Below, piece by piece: positions 63,257 to 64,000 of a stretch of 64,000 nt of DNA (its first letter is position 1; each line of letters begins with the position of its first letter). Below the pieces are notes generated by a model that ran no database searches, was not told where the DNA came from, and saw only the letters and a program-made list of their open reading frames with translations. This DNA comes from Trichosphaerium sp. ATCC 40318 (taxonomy: Eukaryota; Protista; Tubulinea), in NCBI GenBank assembly GCA_038496445.1, contig JALMLS010000577.1:124001-188000 (forward strand). Reading direction: 5' to 3'. Position numbers and translations under genes: made by a program.

Positions 63257-63880
63257 ATGTACTACACACTAGCTCTTTTCTTGGCTATTATCTGTATTGT
63301 CGCTGCTCAAGGAGATGCAGGATGCTCCTGTAAAGGCGTGGCATGTAACTGTTGCGCAGAATACGAGAACGGACCTCTCACTCTATCAACATGCGCTGAT
63401 TTGACATGGGACGCTGCGAATAAAGTATGACACCTATTTCTGATTTTTTTATGGCGCAAGGCTTTAGTTTAACGAAAATTAGAGCGTGGGTGCCGAAATA
63501 ACCTTTGGAGGCGCTGAGGTTCTTCAAACATCATTCTCTCGTACGTATTTTAGAAAAATCACGTGAATATTTCCAAGCTTATAAGCTAACTAGAGAGTCA
63601 TCCTTCCGAATGCATTAATGTCGGTTTATTCAAGCTATGGTAAGAATCACGTGTGATACCTTTCCGTTTTAATAATATTGTTTCTTCAAGCTTTACAATG
63701 GAAAATGCTACGCTAACAAACACCGGTGCTTGTGCTTGCTTTAGTGTCGCCTTTACCACGTTTGGCGTTAACGTTGCCCTCCCTCTTGGTTTTATGAATG
63801 TACCTGATGACACGTTTGTGTGCCCTACTACATCTCAAGGTACTAATATATCTCTTATTGACTTCCCAATCCCCATCTAA
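63257..63880 (+). CDS. Small secreted Cys-rich protein, DUF4773-like
   Basis: Signal peptide, then GCSCKGVACNCC...TCADLTW...PSECI...GACAC; three short introns. Confidence 0.65.
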
Positions 63881-64000
63881 CCCCATTGTTAGCTCAATGC
63901 AAAGTTGGAGAGAATAAGAAACGTTAAAGTTTAAATAAATATTCTTGGTTTCACAAAAAAAAAAAAGGAGTTGTTGCTCACAGGGTCTTATACAAACCAC

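Noticed and set aside
1-64000. Many short antisense or overlapping ORFs in the track; tRNA, rRNA or U12-type introns
   Set aside because: The ORFs are shadows of real exons with no motifs of their own. I saw no convincing tRNA or rRNA sequence and no RTATCCTT donor at an exon boundary.

Overview
Gene-dense, intron-rich eukaryotic nuclear DNA, probably an amoebozoan-type protist (inferred from gene content and from many 30-100 nt introns with GTACG/GTGCG/GTAAG donors and CTAAC-like branch points). About 30 protein genes lie mostly in head-to-head pairs with 80-180 bp gaps: a kelch protein, DENND10, PIGQ, YIP1, aspartokinase-homoserine dehydrogenase, TFIP11, PTEN, a C2-AGC kinase, mitochondrial release factor, a GNAT, EI24, an EFHD-like protein, CENP-I, TPR-OTU, SUCLG2/SDHB, SDF2, ORC2, ABHD, YbjQ, F-box/LRR, ATG7/NPRL2 and DUF4773. 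A ~6 kb transposon island (6.4-12.7 kb) holds a young CpG-rich hAT-type element with 18-bp TIRs, older CpG-decayed copies, two hAT transposase relics and a two-gene PIF/Harbinger relic. CpG loss extends from the island into the 3' half of PIGQ. The best novelty candidate is a spliced minus-strand gene (12831-16708). It joins an unclassified putative DNA-binding domain with an NLS to a phage-tailspike/MYRF-type self-cleaving Peptidase S74 chaperone domain. Where MYRF has a membrane anchor, this gene has a YML020W-like alpha/beta-hydrolase. The fusion rests on one predicted 96-nt intron that also contains a stop codon and AATAAA. All gene models were spliced by eye, so ends may be off by an exon, and family calls come from remembered motifs, not database searches.
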